A stretch of 64,000 nucleotides of DNA from the human T2T-CHM13v2.0 reference genome, Homo sapiens: NCBI RefSeq assembly GCF_009914755.1, contig NC_060937.1, one strand, 5' to 3'. Made by a program: the position numbers and the translations under genes. Shown here piece by piece: positions 1 through 13,340 of the stretch. Every line of letters starts with the position of its first letter. Positions within the stretch are counted from its first letter, which is position 1. Under the pieces are notes generated by a model. That model worked only from the letters and a program-made list of their open reading frames with translations, was not told where the DNA came from and did not search any database.

Positions 1-129
1 ACCGATTAGACTCACCCCTGGTTTGGCAGGCAAAGAATGCCAAGGCAAAAGCACAGCCGAGAAAGCTCCCTGTACTTGTGCAGATAGAGAGGCAGAGTAT
101 ACCCCGGAGCTGAGCTGCAAGGTACAAAT

Positions 130-330
130 CCTGACCCTCCTACTTGATAACTGTGTTACTCGGAGTCAGTTAACCTCTCAGAGCCTCAGATTCCTAATAC
201 ATATGATGCATATAGGAACAGTGCCATCAGAATAAGAAGAGCAGCTACATCACAGGACTGCTATAGGGTGAATGGAGTTATGATGTAAAGTAGTGCCTGG
301 GATACACATAGCACATTTTAAGTAAATGTG
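130..330 (+). mobile_element. MIR SINE (degenerate)
   Basis: Core-like 'ctgtgttact...agttaacctctcagagcctcagattcct' and 3' 'gtaaagtagtgcctgggatacacatagcac' resemble the MIR consensus; ends approximate. Confidence 0.65.
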
Positions 331-477
331 GCATATCAATATAGTAATTACATATAGCACAATAGAAAAGTTAGAGTGTGATGAAATCCAATAGGCTTTA
401 CAAAAATCAAGTAAGTATTAGTACTACATAACCACAGAAAAGGGAGGCCCAAAGGAACAGTCAAGAAATGCAGCAAG

Positions 478-802
478 GGCCAGGCACAGTGGCTCATGCC
501 TCTAATTCCAACACTTTGAGAGGCTGAGGCGTGTGAGCCCAGGAGTTCAAGACCAGCTTGGGCTACATGGTGAAATCCCGTCTCTACAAAAATACAAAAA
601 TTAGCCAGGCGTGATGGTGTACATCTATAGTACCAGGTACTTGGGACACTGAGGTGAAAGGATCACTGGCTGAGGCTGCAGTAAGCCATAATAACACCGC
701 TGCACTCCATCCTGGACAACAGAATGAGACCCTGTCAAAAAAAAGGAAGGAAGGAAGAGAGAGAGGGAGGGAGGGAGGGAGGGAGGGAAGGATGGAGAGA
801 GG
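478..802 (+). mobile_element. AluJ-type SINE whose A-tail has turned into a (GGAA/GGGA)n repeat
   Basis: GGCCAGGCACAGTGGCTC start, dimeric Alu body, purine tail ~737-802, TSD GAAATGCAGCAAG at 465-477 and 803-815. Confidence 0.93.
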
Positions 803-816
803 GAAATGCAGCAAGG

Positions 817-3218
817 AGAAGAGATGGGGAGCAACATGGCCAAATAGAAGCCTCCACCACTCATCTTCCTCATAGGAACACCATATCTTGAGTAGAAAGA
901 TGAAAAAATGAACCAATGCAAAATAATAGCTATAACAACTTTTCAAGATATAGACAGTACAATAACATATAAATAGAAACAATAAAAAGTTAAAAAGTTG
1001 GGGAATGAAGTTTAAAGTGTAGAGTTTTTTAATACTCTTCTCTTTATTAGTTTGTTTATGCAATTAGTGTAAGTTGTCATCAATTTAAAATAATGGGTTA
1101 TAAGATATTTACAAGCCACATGATAACCTCAAATAAAAAAATACAATAGATACATAAAAATTAAAAAGCAAGAAATCAAAATATACCACCAGAAAAAAAT
1201 CGCCTTCATTAAAAGGAAGACAGGAAAGAAGGAAGAGAAGACCACAGAACAACCAGAAAACAAATAACAAAATGGCAGCAGTAAGTCCTTACTTACCAAT
1301 AATAACACTGAATGTAAATGAACTAACCTCTACAACCAAAAGGCACAGAGTGGCTGAACAGATAAAACAAAACTAAACTAAACAAAAAACAAGCCCCAAT
1401 GATCCACTGCCTGCAAGAAACATGCTCCACCTATAAAGACACACATAGATTGAAAATAAAGAACTGGAAAGATACTCCATGCCCATGGAATCCAAAAAAA
1501 GAACAGGAGTGGCTATGCTGGTACCAGACAAAACAGATTTCAAGACAAAACCTATAAATGGAGACAAAGAACTTCATTATATAATAATCTATGGGTCAAT
1601 TCAGCAAGAGGATATAACAATTTTAAATATAACAGTGGAGCACCCAAATATAGAAAGCAAATGTTACTAGAGCTAAAGAGAGAGACAGACCACAATACAA
1701 TAATCACTGGAGACTTCAACACCCCACTTTCAGCATTAGACAGATCATCAAGACAGAAAATCAACAAAGAAACATCAGATTTAATCTGCACTATAGACTA
1801 AATGGACCTCATAGATAATTCCAGAACGTTTTGTCCAATGGCTGCAAAATATACACTCTTCTCCTCAGCACATGGATCATTCTCAAAGACAGACCATATG
1901 GTAAGCCACAAAACAAGTCTGGAAATTTTTTAAAAAAAATAAAATCACATCAAGTATCTTATCTGACCACAGTGGAACAAAACTAGAAACCAAACAACAA
2001 GAGGAATTTTGGAAAGTATACAAACACATGGAAATTAAATTATATGCTTCTGAATAACTAGTGGGTCAATGAAATGATTAAGAAGGAAATTGAACAATTT
2101 CTTGAAACAAATGATAATAGAAACACAACATTCCAAAACCTATGGGTTACAGAGAAAACAGTTAGAAAAGGGAAGTTTATAGCTACACTATAAAAGAAGA
2201 AAAACTTCAAAGAAACAACCTAGCAATGCATCTTAGTTAACTAGAAAAGGAAGAACAAACCTAACACAAAATTAGTAGAAGAGAATAAATAATAGAGACC
2301 AGAGCAGAAGTAAATGAAATTAAAATGAAGACAATACAAATGACTGATGAAATGAAAAGTTGGTTTTTCGAAAAGTTAAACAAAATTGACAAACCTTTAC
2401 CTAGATTAATTGAGAAAAACAGGGAAAGACCCAGATAAATAAAAACAGATGAAAAAGGAGGCAAAGGACTGTTAGAGGCTACTATGAGCCACTGTATGCC
2501 AATACATTGGGAAACTTAAAAGAAATGGATAAAGACACATACAGTCTACCAATATTGAACCATGAAGAAATCCAAAACCTCAAAAGACAATCAGCAAGTA
2601 ATGAGAATGGAGCCATAATAAAAGGTCTCGCAGTAAAGAAAAGCCCAGGACCTGAGGGCTTCACCGCTGAATTCTCCCAAACATTTAAAGAAGCATATCA
2701 CTTCTATTTAAATTATTCTGGAAAAAAAAAGGAGGAAGGAATACTTCCAAACTGAGGAAGGAATACTTCCAAACTCATTCTACAATGCCAGTATTACCCT
2801 AATACCAAAACCAGACAAAGACTCATTAAAAAATAAAATAAAAAACTACAGACCAATATCCCTGATGAATATTGATGCAAAAACCCTTAACAAAATGCCA
2901 GCAAAATGAATTCAGAAGTGAAAGATCTCTACAATGAAAACTATAAATCATTAATGAAATTGAAGAGGTCTCAAAAAATGAAAAGATATTCCATGTTTAT
3001 GGATTAGAAGAATTAATATTGTTAAAATATCCATACTACGCAAAGCATTCTACAGAGTCAATACAATCCCTTTCAAAATGCCAATTACATTCTTCACAGA
3101 AATAGAAAAAAAATCCTAAAATTTATATGTATCAAAATATCTCATGTGCCCCATAAATATATACACTATGTACATACAAAAATTCAAAATAAAAAATTAT
3201 AATAAACAGAAAAGAAAA
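817..3218 (+). mobile_element. L1MA-type LINE-1 (L1MA1-3-like) with both ends but three large internal deletions
   Basis: 5' start 'ggggagcaacatggccaaatagaagcctccacc' matches the L1 start at ~37900; inter-ORF region and decayed ORF2 endonuclease/RT pieces (ORFs 1479-1670, 2507-2755); L1MA 3' terminus 3130-3200; degenerate TSD at 3219-3234. Confidence 0.85.
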
Positions 3219-3659
3219 AAGAAATGCAATGAGGAATAGACGGAATTTGAGGAGGAGGCCTAAAATAAACAAAATCAAGTATTGTGTGTATTCTAAAAGA
3301 GGAGAAGAGCCTTACAAAAACACTTACCTCAGGGACAATGAATAAACTAGTGGGAGTGCAGTGAAAGGCTGTGACTGGATAGTAGGAGAGGATTACTTTA
3401 AAAATGCAGATTGCCAACATCTCAAACTCTGTTTATTTAAATGAAAATGTTTACTTATTCTTTGCTCTCAATTAATAAACTGAATCAGCTATTATCAGAG
3501 TAGTATTTCAAATGTGAATCTTTAGAGCAAATAATTTTAAAAAAGAAACACCTTTCCCACAGAAATACTGATGTCCAGGATGGAGGGCTTTCCAGGCTGG
3601 TCCCTGCAGCCCCTGACTACAAATGGGAAGGCAGAGTAATGATATTGTACTATCATCAG

Positions 3660-4090
3660 TCCCATTCATTCCTTCACTCAGTAAGCATCTGCTGAATGCC
3701 TACCACCAGTCCATCACTCTCTTAAAAAAGAAGTGGTAGTGGTGAACAAAGAGAAACAAGGTCTCTACTCTCGTGAGGCTTCTACTTTAGGGTGGGGAAG
3801 GGGAGAAGCAATGGATACAGAGCATAAAAATAAACAGATGAGTAAGATTAAGATTACTTGAGACAGTGGAAAGAGCAATAAAGCAAATCAAAGCAGGTGC
3901 TGTCATGGGGTGGAAGGCCCCTCTGAGGAAGTGATATCTGAGTTGACAGCTGAATGATGAAGCAGAAGATAAGTACCAGGAAGTCCCTGGCAGAGGGAAC
4001 AGCAAGAACAAAGACATTATGGCTGGAAAGAGCTTGATGTGTTCACAGAACAAAAGAAAGGGCAGTGAGGCTGGAGTCAAGTGCCAGAGT
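3660..4090 (-). mobile_element. L2 LINE 3' fragment
   Basis: 'cattcattccttcactcagtaagcatctgctgaatgcctac' and 'gaaggcccctctgaggaagtgatatctgag' are typical L2 3'-end antisense motifs. Confidence 0.75.
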
Positions 4091-7000
4091 CCTAAGCAAA
4101 AAGTAATTGTGAAGTCCAACTTTGAACGTCAAGCACACATTTCTCCCTTCGTTCTGTTGACTGCCAGAGCTTTAGCAGCTCCTCAGCTCTGGACACAAAA
4201 TGCATGGTGTTGAGCTCCTCAGAAGCTCCAGTGGCCTGGGGTTCTCTCTCATGGATCCAGGAGGAAGCCTTGGGATCAAGAGCCTGATGTGAGGAAAGGG
4301 AAAGGACTAGGGGAGGGAAGGATAACCAGGGTGGTCACAGCTCCAGTACCCACAAAGACGCTCTTTAGAAAGTAGGGGATTTCAATCCATTTGGGAGAAT
4401 TTCAGTTAAGTTTAGTTAATTTTTTAGATAAGGAAAGATTCTTGCCTTTTGTTTCCTTAGTTTGTCTGTGAGCTTCCAAATTAGCAGTTTGGACAAAATC
4501 AGGAACAGCAGGAAATCCAAGGGTGAGCTATGTATAAATCAAGACCAGGAAAACTAGGACAGTTGCTGGTGCATCACTAACCTTTTAAGATTTATGTTAA
4601 AAAACAAGCAAGCAAAAACCCCACCATGCCATCCTAGTAAACATCCCTTAGGATCATTCTGAAAAACAAAACAGATCCACTGATGGATAGAAAATGAATC
4701 TCACTGGTTATGGCAGTTTTTAACGAGATTTTTCTATTTGTTTGGCCTAATTTTTAAATTCTTGATCCTCGTAATCACCATGTGGGTTGCAGTAGCAAAA
4801 TAACTTGTGACTGATGATAATTAAGAAAAGGAAATTTAAGAAATGTATGTTTTCCTGAGCCAAGTTTCAACTAAATGTTTTTGCTACTAAAATTATGCTT
4901 TCTTACACAAATGTTGAATATAAGTAAGTTGCTCTGGGGATGTTAGTGTTTACATTTTTTCCCATTTGTTATTTATTAGCATGAATTAATATGCCAGTTT
5001 GTATTTGACACAAGATTTTTTTTAATTCTTGCAATAATAAGACTACATTTCTCTATGCAGTCATATTGCTTTCTTGAAAAGGATGATTATCTCACAGTCA
5101 ATGAACTTGGTGACAAATTATAGGTATTTTGATATTGCAGGTATAGTAATTTTAATGCAACCCATCAATGCATAGATCAATGAATTTTATATTTATTATA
5201 TGATATATATTCTACTGTACTAGTATTTCTAAGGAAGATGAACACCCAGGACAAATAAATATATTTTATTTCTGAGTTTGGAATATACAAATTGTTATTT
5301 TCAGTGGCAATAGCATGTCTATCTTCTGTTGGAATGTTATTTTAAAAAATACTTCTATCTGCAGCAATACAGAAGGAACACTGGTTATTTGGGAGATAAT
5401 TATTTCTGAAAAAAATAGAGCAAAGACTAAAAGCTAAGAACTTTGAGTTATTTGTACTAAATGTTATCTAGTATCATTTGAGAGATGAATGATTGTAAGA
5501 TATTGTCTCCACGCTCAGAAGAGAAGGTATAGATCTTCGAAAAATTTAATAATTTACTGAATTATATTCTAAATAAGTTTAAATGTTCACACATGTGAAA
5601 ATGCTTTGTGAATTAAAAGCTACCACAAAATTTAAGGGCATGCCATTATTATTTTCGGAGTTAGTTTATCATGGCAATTCTTATAGCTAAAGCCCCATCA
5701 ATTCTTCTTTTTTCAGTGACCAGGTCCAGATCATCAAAATAAGAATGAGCAGAACAATGAGCCCTCCCAGAGGAAGAGACAGCCAACAGAAAATGTTATT
5801 CCATCCAAGAAATCAATTTGTTTATTCATAATTTGAACAAAGTATTTCCATGCCAATTACTGATTGGTCTCTCCAAGGTCTTTTTGTTTTTTAACTCACC
5901 ATAACAGATGGAGGAAAATATATATACAACTAAAACCTGATAGCATAATTAGTGGACTGGAAGTTGGGGTAAAAACCACATAACCAAATCCTTAACAGGA
6001 AGGTCAATATCAAGACATATTCATTATACTTTGAATGGTTATCAAAATACATGTGTTAGTGCAAATCAGTACCATGTGCTTTTTCCCTGTCAGTATTTGT
6101 TTTTTATCTAATTTACCTATATTATTATTTTTAAAATGTGATCTTCAGCCCAGTGAGTTCTATCACTCTCCTCTTTATCTAGTCCTCTTATAATAATTTT
6201 CAATGTTTAATATGCTTTAAAATGGGACAAATCATATCCAGGAAATAAACTGTTTACCAAGAGGCACTTTGTTAAAAAAAGATAAACTAGCTGAAATGAT
6301 TAACTGTAAAAGTTCATTTCATCCCTGTCTACATGTGGCTTGATAATTAATTAATCTTATATTTATGAAAAATAGGGGAAAGAGAATCATAAATGTTCAT
6401 AATTTAGAGGAAAGGAACCGAGACACAGAGAGGTGAGTACCTTGCAGATGAGGGATCAGTGCTTAATCTACATGTCTACTCTGTTCCCACAGTCTGCAAG
6501 GAAGAGAAACAGAATTTATAAAGTAGATTTGTAAATCCTGATAACATGAGTCAGGATATGATTATGTAACTTCAAATATCTTTGCATTTAACAAGCTAGA
6601 AACCCAGAGCTTGATATTTGTTGAATTGCATACATGCCTTTTCCTGGTTTCTTGTCTACAATAAATTTTGTGGCAGGATATTTAGATTTGTGAATTCTAG
6701 CCAGACTGCTCTCTAATGAGACTACAGCTTGTTTGGGTTTTAAAGCTTTATGACATTTATAGATGTTTACTTTGCATCTCTAAAAAACACAGAAATGCTC
6801 CCATACTATAAAAATACTGATCTCTAAACTTTCAAAGCATAATGCAAAAAATCCCTAGGTGACGAACCTTTGTGATAGAGTAATACTTTTTTCAATTCTT
6901 TGACAAGTGGCACTATTATTTATAAACTTGAGTTACACAGGATAGTATATAACTACAGCAACAATATTTTGATAAAAGGTGTCAGATAAATGCTTTGCCT

Positions 7001-8080
7001 GAAAAGGCTAATCCAGAAAACTTTTTTCCCCTTCCTCTTGCATGAAACCTCTTAAGCAGTTGACAGGCACGAGACACATTGCCCACAGAGAGTGGCACAC
7101 ACTGAGAACACACAGTATCTGACTTAAAATTCCAGCTTTTGCCAAAGAAGAGTTGTCTTCAGCAGCCGTGTCAGGGTGCCCCGGGAAAAAAGACAGAGAC
7201 TCCTCTGGTCTTTTCTGTCATTAAGTGTGAGAAAATAATACTTTAACCAACTAGTGTGGAGGTGATTACCTCCTCCAAGAAACATTTTGATAAACTGGCC
7301 CACTCCACTTGAGCTTCTAGGGGTTAAGCCAGATCACAAGCTGAGAGGAGGGAGAGCAATGCAAATAAGAAATAACCCAAAATGAGGCATCCCTAGCACA
7401 GTTACCAATTCTAGCTTCAGCCTTTCTTTTATCTAGAGCGGGTCCTACAACTCCAGAGTTTTTTTTTTTTTTTCTGGGTCTGCCAAAATTCAAGTTCCTA
7501 CACTAATTTGTTGATTTGGGTCTATTAGTATAATTATTATTTTCATCCCCACATTTGAAACTCATTCTATGAGACTAAACAGAAGAAGGCAAATGGATTT
7601 CATTTCAAAAGCCAATTTTTATCTATTACTAGTGGCTGTCTTAGGGGTCTGATTTGAGCAGAATTCTGAGGCTGAGCATGGTGAGAAAGTACAACCTAAT
7701 GATTTCATGATATCTGCTAGCTACGGGGATAGGGTCAGATCCCCAGGGCTTGCAGCATGTGTAGGTAATCAAAAAAATGTTTGTTGAAACTTTGGTTTTA
7801 TGCAAAATGGCTGAGGTCTCTTTGGAAAAGAAGCTTTAAAAACAAAAGTAATAGAAAATCAATGGCTGTATACCCTTAGATAGAAATGCAGCCATCTGCT
7901 CACTTACCTTTTATCTGAAATACTTCAATAGCCCTTCCTCACCTCTTTCCAAGCTATACTGATATAAAAATGACCTTTCTAAATTGGATCATGGTTGCTT
8001 TTTCCATCCCTGGTTCCTTATTCTCATAAGGCTCTCTTAGGAAGCATATCACATAAGCATATAAAGATCACCTAGGGCAG

Positions 8081-8155
8081 ACAGATAGATAGATAAATTA
8101 GACAGAGAGGTGAATGGATGGTAGGTAGGTAGGTAAGTAGAGATAGATAGATAGA
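8081..8155. repeat. Compound (GATA)n/(GGTA)n microsatellite
   Basis: agatagatagat...ggtaggtaggtaggtaagtagagatagatagatag read directly. Confidence 0.8.
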
Positions 8156-8479
8156 ACTAGGGCACTTTCATTAATCAATTTGCTGGTTATTCTCTGCATT
8201 CTGTTCCCTTGCATCAATATCTCAGACTCTTTGCTATGGCTCAGAGACCTGTGTTCTCTTCTTGAAACCTTTGACTTCATTGTAGCTCACAGATTAAGAT
8301 AAAAGAGACTCCCAGTGACACTCTCAGAAGAGGAAGGGTCCCCTGGCATTACTGCATGAAGAGGCAGATTGAGACGACAACTCATCCTTTATTAGAATCT
8401 TTCCCTTAGAATATAAAGGGCAAGCTCCTTAGTGGTTTAAAAAAAAAAAAACTGTATTTCTCCATCTGGTCCCTGCTGT

Positions 8480-9600
8480 TTTGCTCAGCTTCATACAACC
8501 AATCATCATTCTCCAACAATGAGCCTTTTAAAGCTCCTTAACTACACCACGATGTTTCTAAAGTTCTGCTTCTCTTCACTGGTGTTTTTGCTTTTTTGTC
8601 TGCTTGACAAACTCTGACTTGGTTTTGAAAACCCAGTTCATAATCATCCCACACCACACCCTGGAAAAAGTTAATCATTCCCTTCTCTGGGTTAGCTCTG
8701 CACTGTTCCCGTAAATATTTCTATAGTTGCACGAATCAGGTGCTTTGTTAGTTTAAATTAATATCTGTGAACTGGTTGAGAGCAGGAACTTTGTCTTAAT
8801 TTTCTGTTTTCTTAGCACCCAGCATAGTTTAGGACACATTCAATATAACTGAGGATACCTTTAAGATTTTCCATTAGGGAGAAAAAGGGAATAGTGATAA
8901 TATTATCCAAGAAAGGAAAATGAAAAACAGGAGCAGACTGCATTGTGAGATGCCATTTGTTTCATTTGGAGATAGTCACGTTTCAAAGTCCCAGTTAGAT
9001 GTACCACAGAAGAAATTAGAGGGTTTGGGAAATCTGGGCTTAGAGTTAGGAAAGGGGTTTGGAGCTGAAGATGGTCATCTGAGAGTCAGCAACACATAGG
9101 CAGTAGCGGAAGCCATAGATGCATATAGAAATGAAAAACTAGAAAAAGTGGCAAGAACCCTGTAGTTCACTAAAAATTTGGCCCCAAATTTAGGAGCCAA
9201 TGAAGAACATGTGGATAGATGAAGACTGGGAAGAATGATAAGGAAGAACCTGGAGGACCTCAGAGGCCAAGGACATTAAAATTTCAAATAAGAAGGGGTA
9301 TCGATCATGTTAGCATCTCATAATGGTTAAGTGGGATGAAAGCTAAACAGATGAGATGAATTTTCTAATATGAAGAAAGGGGTGTGCAGGGCAAAGCACG
9401 ACATCGAGAGCAATTTCAGTGGAGGCAAAAGCCCGGGATAGAACAAACTGCAGTCAGACAGAGTGAATGAGTGCCTTTCATCCAGACTCATTACAGAAAC
9501 TGTGGCTTAAGCAAGAAGCCCTCAGTGGCCATCTGGGTGAGAAGTGGAGGGGAAGAGGGATGGAAAGGTGTGGTGAGAAGGAATCAGCTAATGGGCAAAG
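8480..9600. mobile_element. L2 fragments (about 8480-8850 on +, about 8880-9600 on -)
   Basis: 'gagagcaggaactttgtc...cttagcacccagcatag' and 'ggagctgaagat...gagagtcagcaacacatagg' resemble L2; highly diverged. Confidence 0.55.
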
Positions 9601-10149
9601 CAGGAAGGATTCTACTGTTTGCACGACAACATTTTACATATTGTATATTTTAGGCAAGATGTCCCTAGGCAAATGGTTCCATAATCCCTTTTGTTGATAA
9701 ATGCCTATTCCCTCATTTCTCATGTTTCTATAAAGGGGAAAGAACATCAACTCCACCAGAAGATACAGTCTCTGGCTTCTCATTCACTTCTTCTTGGGAA
9801 GGAATAATTTATCTGATTTTTGAGTTTGGGAGAAGAAATTGAACATGTCTAGCTCATTATCTTCCTCCCTTAAATTCATAAGAGGCACAGAATCTCCTAT
9901 TCTGTTATGCTTTAAGCAGCCTGCCACAGCAGAGGAGGATGACGGCTGTCTACCAATGCCTGTAACTGGGGGCTCAGTTTACATAGAAGGGAGTTGTATT
10001 AAGTCCAAGTGGTCACAGATGTAAGTCACATTCTCCAATTCGGTCATGCTGGTAATAAAGCTTATGGTATACACTCCATCTGTCTCACTCTCATGTTTGC
10101 TTCTCAACTAGATGTGAACTCAAGGTGGGAATCGGGTGCTTAATTATTA

Positions 10150-10514
<365 letters not shown>

Positions 10515-12199
10515 TCAAGGAGGTTGTTTAAAAATAGAGAAATATAAGACCTCCAATTCCTCATCTGTGAGGTGAAGGGGCCGAAGTGGATAATCTTTAA
10601 GTCCTTCCCAGCAATCTCTACACGTCTGTTTGCTATTGTGTGTGTGTATATATCAGACAAGCGGTGGGGCGGTGGGGGTGGTGCATGCGCAAGGAGTCAG
10701 ACAATCTTAGGTAAAAGGAAGGGAGGATTCAAAGCAGGAGCAGGCAGTCACCGGGGTAGTGAGCAGAAAGGTCTCCTAGGCTGAAGAAAAATTAAGAGAT
10801 TAGAGGGCAACTTACTTATGAAGAGCATTTTCTGAGACAAAAATGAAGGTTGCTATATATAAACAAAAATATATATATACACATACATATACATTATAAT
10901 ACATAGAGATAAACAAAAAGCAAAATACTGAATCAGGCTGGAAAAAAATTCTCCCCAATTCACCAGCCCTTCCGTGCTCACATAAACCCCTTCCCTCATT
11001 AGATTATAAGATTTTGTACCTTTGCACCTAAATTTTCCAAGAGAAAAAATGAATAGGCCACAAAATGCCTAAAAGCAAATGCTAGGAATTGTTTGGCTCA
11101 AATAACAAAACAGAGACCCTTAACTAAGCTGAGGACAGTGGAATATTATTTTGCCTTCTTGCCTGTTGGAAGCACTAAGAAGACATTTCCAATTCCAACG
11201 TTCCATAGACCAAAAGGCTTAGGTGAAGAGGGTTTCCAGGCTCACAGCTCAATGAAAACAATGATGATCCAGGGGAGTCATGGCACTCATGTCTTCAACA
11301 CTAATGGATTTCAGCTGATTCATCAGTGAACATTTCTCAGACCAAAGTGGAGAAAGCAATTTTTGTCTTCTGTTAAACAGAAATCTCAGTCAGTCTTGCA
11401 CTGAATTCTTTCACAGAAAATCTCTGCTCTTCTGCCTTTTCAGACACACAAGGTCTCCAGCGGGTGCTCTCCAGAGATGGAAGGAAGGTGTGTTCTGTGC
11501 AGTGCATCAGTTGCTATGTGTTCCATTGTGGCAATTGTGATTCACAAGGGCATAGCTGAGCCACCACAGCTTTCAGCTGTAATCCTCCTGGCATCTATCC
11601 CTGCTGTTAGAGGGATAATTATCTGGTTATCCCTGAGGCCAGTTCTTGCCATTTTCACATAAAAATCACCTCTTGCATAAGACATGGAATTTAAAATCAT
11701 CTCCTCATACATATCATTGAGTCACTTCATTACCTCTGGGACATATATAAATTATGCATTCTTCGATTCTCTTTAAATTTTTAGAGGCTCATAGGGACAG
11801 TGAAGGATCTCATTGGTACTGAAAATATAAGGCATTCCAGAAAGAAACAATAACTTGTGTGACATTAACTGCTACTAGTGTTCCAAAGGCTCCCTGCTTG
11901 GTCAAGGAAATCACATAAAGCATGGAGAACTAATAGCAGGCTTGCATGCTAATGACTGCCGGTCTGCTAGTGACTGAATGTCACTGCCTCACATCCTCAT
12001 GCTATTCATTTTTCTTATCTCAGTGACTTCTCCCTTCACAGGACTGATTTACTTCTTTAAATTGGCACCATTCTGAGTGTCTGCAACCAAGAAGGCACTG
12101 AAAAATTAGAACCCACATGCCCTTATTCCCATTTATTTCTCCAATCCCATGCCTCAATATTAAGAGAGTTATTTGTCTGTACCATGGAAATAGTGTTTT

Positions 12200-13340
12200 A
12201 TGAATTCTCTGGAGCTTGTTTGATTTTACCTTTAGATGCGTCCAAGACTCACTACCATACGTGCATTCTTTAAATTCTTTAAAGAGAGGGCGTGACATTA
12301 GCATGAATAAAATGCAGTGGCTGTCACGGCAAGAATGAAGAAATGTGTGTGTTCTCATGCCCTGCCATTAAGATGAATTCACAGATGTAAGCTGGCAACA
12401 CAACACAGCACAACACAACACTGGCAACACAGACATCCATGGAGGGCTACACATTTCATTCCATAGTTCCCATTCAATATAAATATGGCTAACATTCCTT
12501 AAAGATTCAAACCCATAGTATATTGTTCACCTCCAAACTGGAAAAAAACCTAGTCCTGTCACAGAAGTGAATTCAGTTGCTTGATCTTTACAGCTGCTGA
12601 TAAAAGTTTGAGGAGTTCGCAGACTTATGGGAAAAGTGAGATAAACTTCAGTATCCAGCATTAAAGGCTTCCCAAGGCAAAATACATTGTGCAATATTAA
12701 TTTTTCAAGTTAAAAATTGGAGGTATTTGAAAACCACTGCTTCCCCAAACAGGAAGGAAAACCACTGTTTGGGTGGTAAAATGTGCTAATTCTGTACAAA
12801 ATGCCTTTAAGCCCTTGACCTAATGAGGTTAGTGACAGGGATATGGATGACTAGAACAGAAAATGAAACTCAGAAAGAATTTTGTTCATGAACTGCCATA
12901 TTTCTCCTGTCATTTAACCAATTTTCCCTCTCAAAATTACAACATGGACTGCAAATCTTCAAGGCTAATGCTGCATATGACAGACTAAGTGCTATTTAAA
13001 ATGTAATAATATATCTGTCAATCTGATAGGAAAAAACAAGAGGCCACGCGAAGGACTTTTCAGGTAGACATGGGTCCTAAAAGGTTATAAAGACGGTAAT
13101 CAGGAAAGCAAGCCACCACACAGCTTTTCCCGTCCAATTAGTAAAAGTGCAGTATTGTCAGCGAGTTCTACAAATGAAAGAATCCTTTCAGCCTGAGCAC
13201 TCAATGGCGTATACCCACTCTATTAAGTGACCTTCATTGTACAATACATTAATTTCTACTAAAATTAATGTTTTGGGTTAAAATCAATGCTTAGAGGACA
13301 TTAATGGAAATGATTTAATATGTGTGTCATGCATACTGTT
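12200..13340. promoter_or_regulatory. Candidate developmental enhancer / conserved non-coding block
   Basis: No recognisable repeat; six TGACAG sites in 700 bp, a near-PBX/MEIS decamer, a SOX-like palindrome and many TAAT cores; function inferred only. Confidence 0.4.

Noticed and set aside
584-1063. 159-aa hydrophobic ORF
   Set aside because: Antisense read-through of L1, the GGAA repeat and Alu.
2732-2775. 22-bp tandem duplication GAGGAAGGAATACTTCCAAACT (a similar ~25-bp duplication lies near 57045-57100)
   Set aside because: Ordinary slippage duplications inside dead L1 sequence.
817-3218. Spliced-L1 (SpIRE) explanation for the deleted L1MA
   Set aside because: The upstream sides of the junctions are not followed by GT in the related copy or recalled consensus; microhomology fits better.
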